Origin: Octopus bimaculoides
Lineage: Eukaryota
DNA length: 49,763 nt
Direction: 5' to 3'
Assembly (NCBI RefSeq): GCF_001194135.2
Contig: NC_068981.1
Location: 161,797,681-161,847,443, forward strand
The notes beneath the pieces are model-generated. The model was not told the DNA's origin and ran no database searches. It saw only the letters and a program-made list of their open reading frames with translations. The position numbers and the translations under genes are program-made. Positions 48,501 to 49,763 of this stretch are shown piece by piece; the first letter of the stretch is position 1, and each line of letters starts with the position of its first letter.

Positions 48501-49179
48501 ACTAATTCACACTAATTTACTGCTATACTCATTACAAATTCTCACCTTACTGTCAACACCCCTGTATATGGTTTGTATGGCTCTCACAAGTCATTGATCT
48601 ACCCTCTTGGTTTTTCAGTGACTTTTGTTGATGTTTTTTTTTTTGTAGAACTACAGTTATAGAATTTTAAAATAAAAAATTTTAAATTGAACTTCATAAC
48701 TCTCCTGCCCTATCCCACCCTCCTTCTCTCACTACACACACGCACACATACACACACACACACACACTTCAGTAATGCAGCTATACACATGCTGTGGGTG
48801 ACTTCTTTCCCTTCTTTGAACTTTTCCCTTCCTCCTTCCTGATGAAGTGCAATGCTCAAAACATCAAAATCTCTCTCTTTCTACCAAACATCAAACTAAT
48901 ACATTCCTTGCTCATGTCCTCTTGTTGTTTGTTAATTTTATCATTCGTTTGTATTGAAATGATTGTTTATATGAATTGACCAGATATATATATATATATA
49001 TATATATATGTTAGTTGAGTTAGAGGTCAAAATAACCGTCTAAAGTTTAGAAGTATCCGTTACACTACTGGTGTATTACCTATATTTAACCATGGGCATA
49101 CATATGCAAATATATTATGCTCATAAATTATAGGTAAAGACAAGGATAAACACAGGTTTATCAAGAATCAAAATTTAAA

Positions 49180-49341
49180 GAAAATATAAAATGGAGAAGT
49201 ACTGATGAACAACGATTGACTTACATCAATTATTATTTATTAATTCAATGCAAATAGACAGGAAATGGATGGGATGCAGTCTATTTGCATTGAATTAATA
49301 AATAACTGTTGTTCATCAGTACTTCTCCATTTTCTGTTTTC
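49180..49341. repeat. Long hairpin: perfect 26-bp and 27-bp stems
   Basis: 49188-49213/49308-49333 and 49233-49259/49279-49305 are exact reverse complements. Confidence 0.95.
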
Positions 49342-49345
49342 ATTA

Positions 49346-49380
<35 letters not shown>

Positions 49381-49522
49381 ATGTGTGTGTGTATGTGTGT
49401 ACATATATAGAGAGAGCAGCACATAATCTCTCTATAACTGGAGGTAGGGAACAACCTTTTAAGTATTATTGCTGTAATTTTTTAAGTGTGCTTCATTTTG
49501 GATTTATAAACTACTGAGTGAT

Positions 49523-49558
<36 letters not shown>

Positions 49559-49763
49559 ATCATAAATATAAGGGATTAGCAATTGAGTTGCTTCTCCAAC
49601 ATACTGAAAATTCAGAAACAGCAGTCAAAGAACTACTGATTCTAAACTACAAATTTTTCTCTAAAATGGATGGCGATATTTATGGCACACATAGAACAAA
49701 AAACCGGAGGGAAAAGCACAAACAAAACAAGCCTTTAGTTAATTGGGTACGAATCGTTTCATG

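Overview
AT-rich metazoan genomic DNA, very dense in microsatellites and transposon debris, with five assembly gaps (4693-4702, 5534-5980, 8228-9170, 12019-12028, 38843-39637). The SINE and RTE-tail families look like those of Octopus (inference from recognition, not a search). Most ORFs in the supplied track are microsatellite or antisense artefacts. Recognisable mobile DNA includes three tRNA-headed SINE families (called A, B, C here), RTE LINE remnants (one with a PHD finger inside the RT), three R4/Dong-type fragments sitting in microsatellites, a Tx1-like fragment, a Penelope element, a decayed DD34D mariner, a maT-like (DD37D-type) remnant, Tigger, hAT and mariner MITEs, and a Helitron Rep/helicase remnant. 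The main findings are: (1) a structurally near-complete type I hammerhead ribozyme at 1044-1116, plus decayed hammerhead cores in Penelope ends; (2) a tentative, phase-consistent chain of small minus-strand exons (about 34.9 kb to 20.2 kb) whose spliced product resembles by eye the LIVBP-like amino-terminal domain of ionotropic glutamate receptors, possibly ending early at 14938; (3) several strong fold-back structures: a perfect 46-bp palindrome, a 26+27-bp perfect double-stem hairpin, a pre-miRNA-like hairpin, a SINE fold-back and inverted junctions at retroelement 5' ends. No bona fide tRNA, rRNA or CRISPR array was found. All homology calls are by-eye motif recognition.
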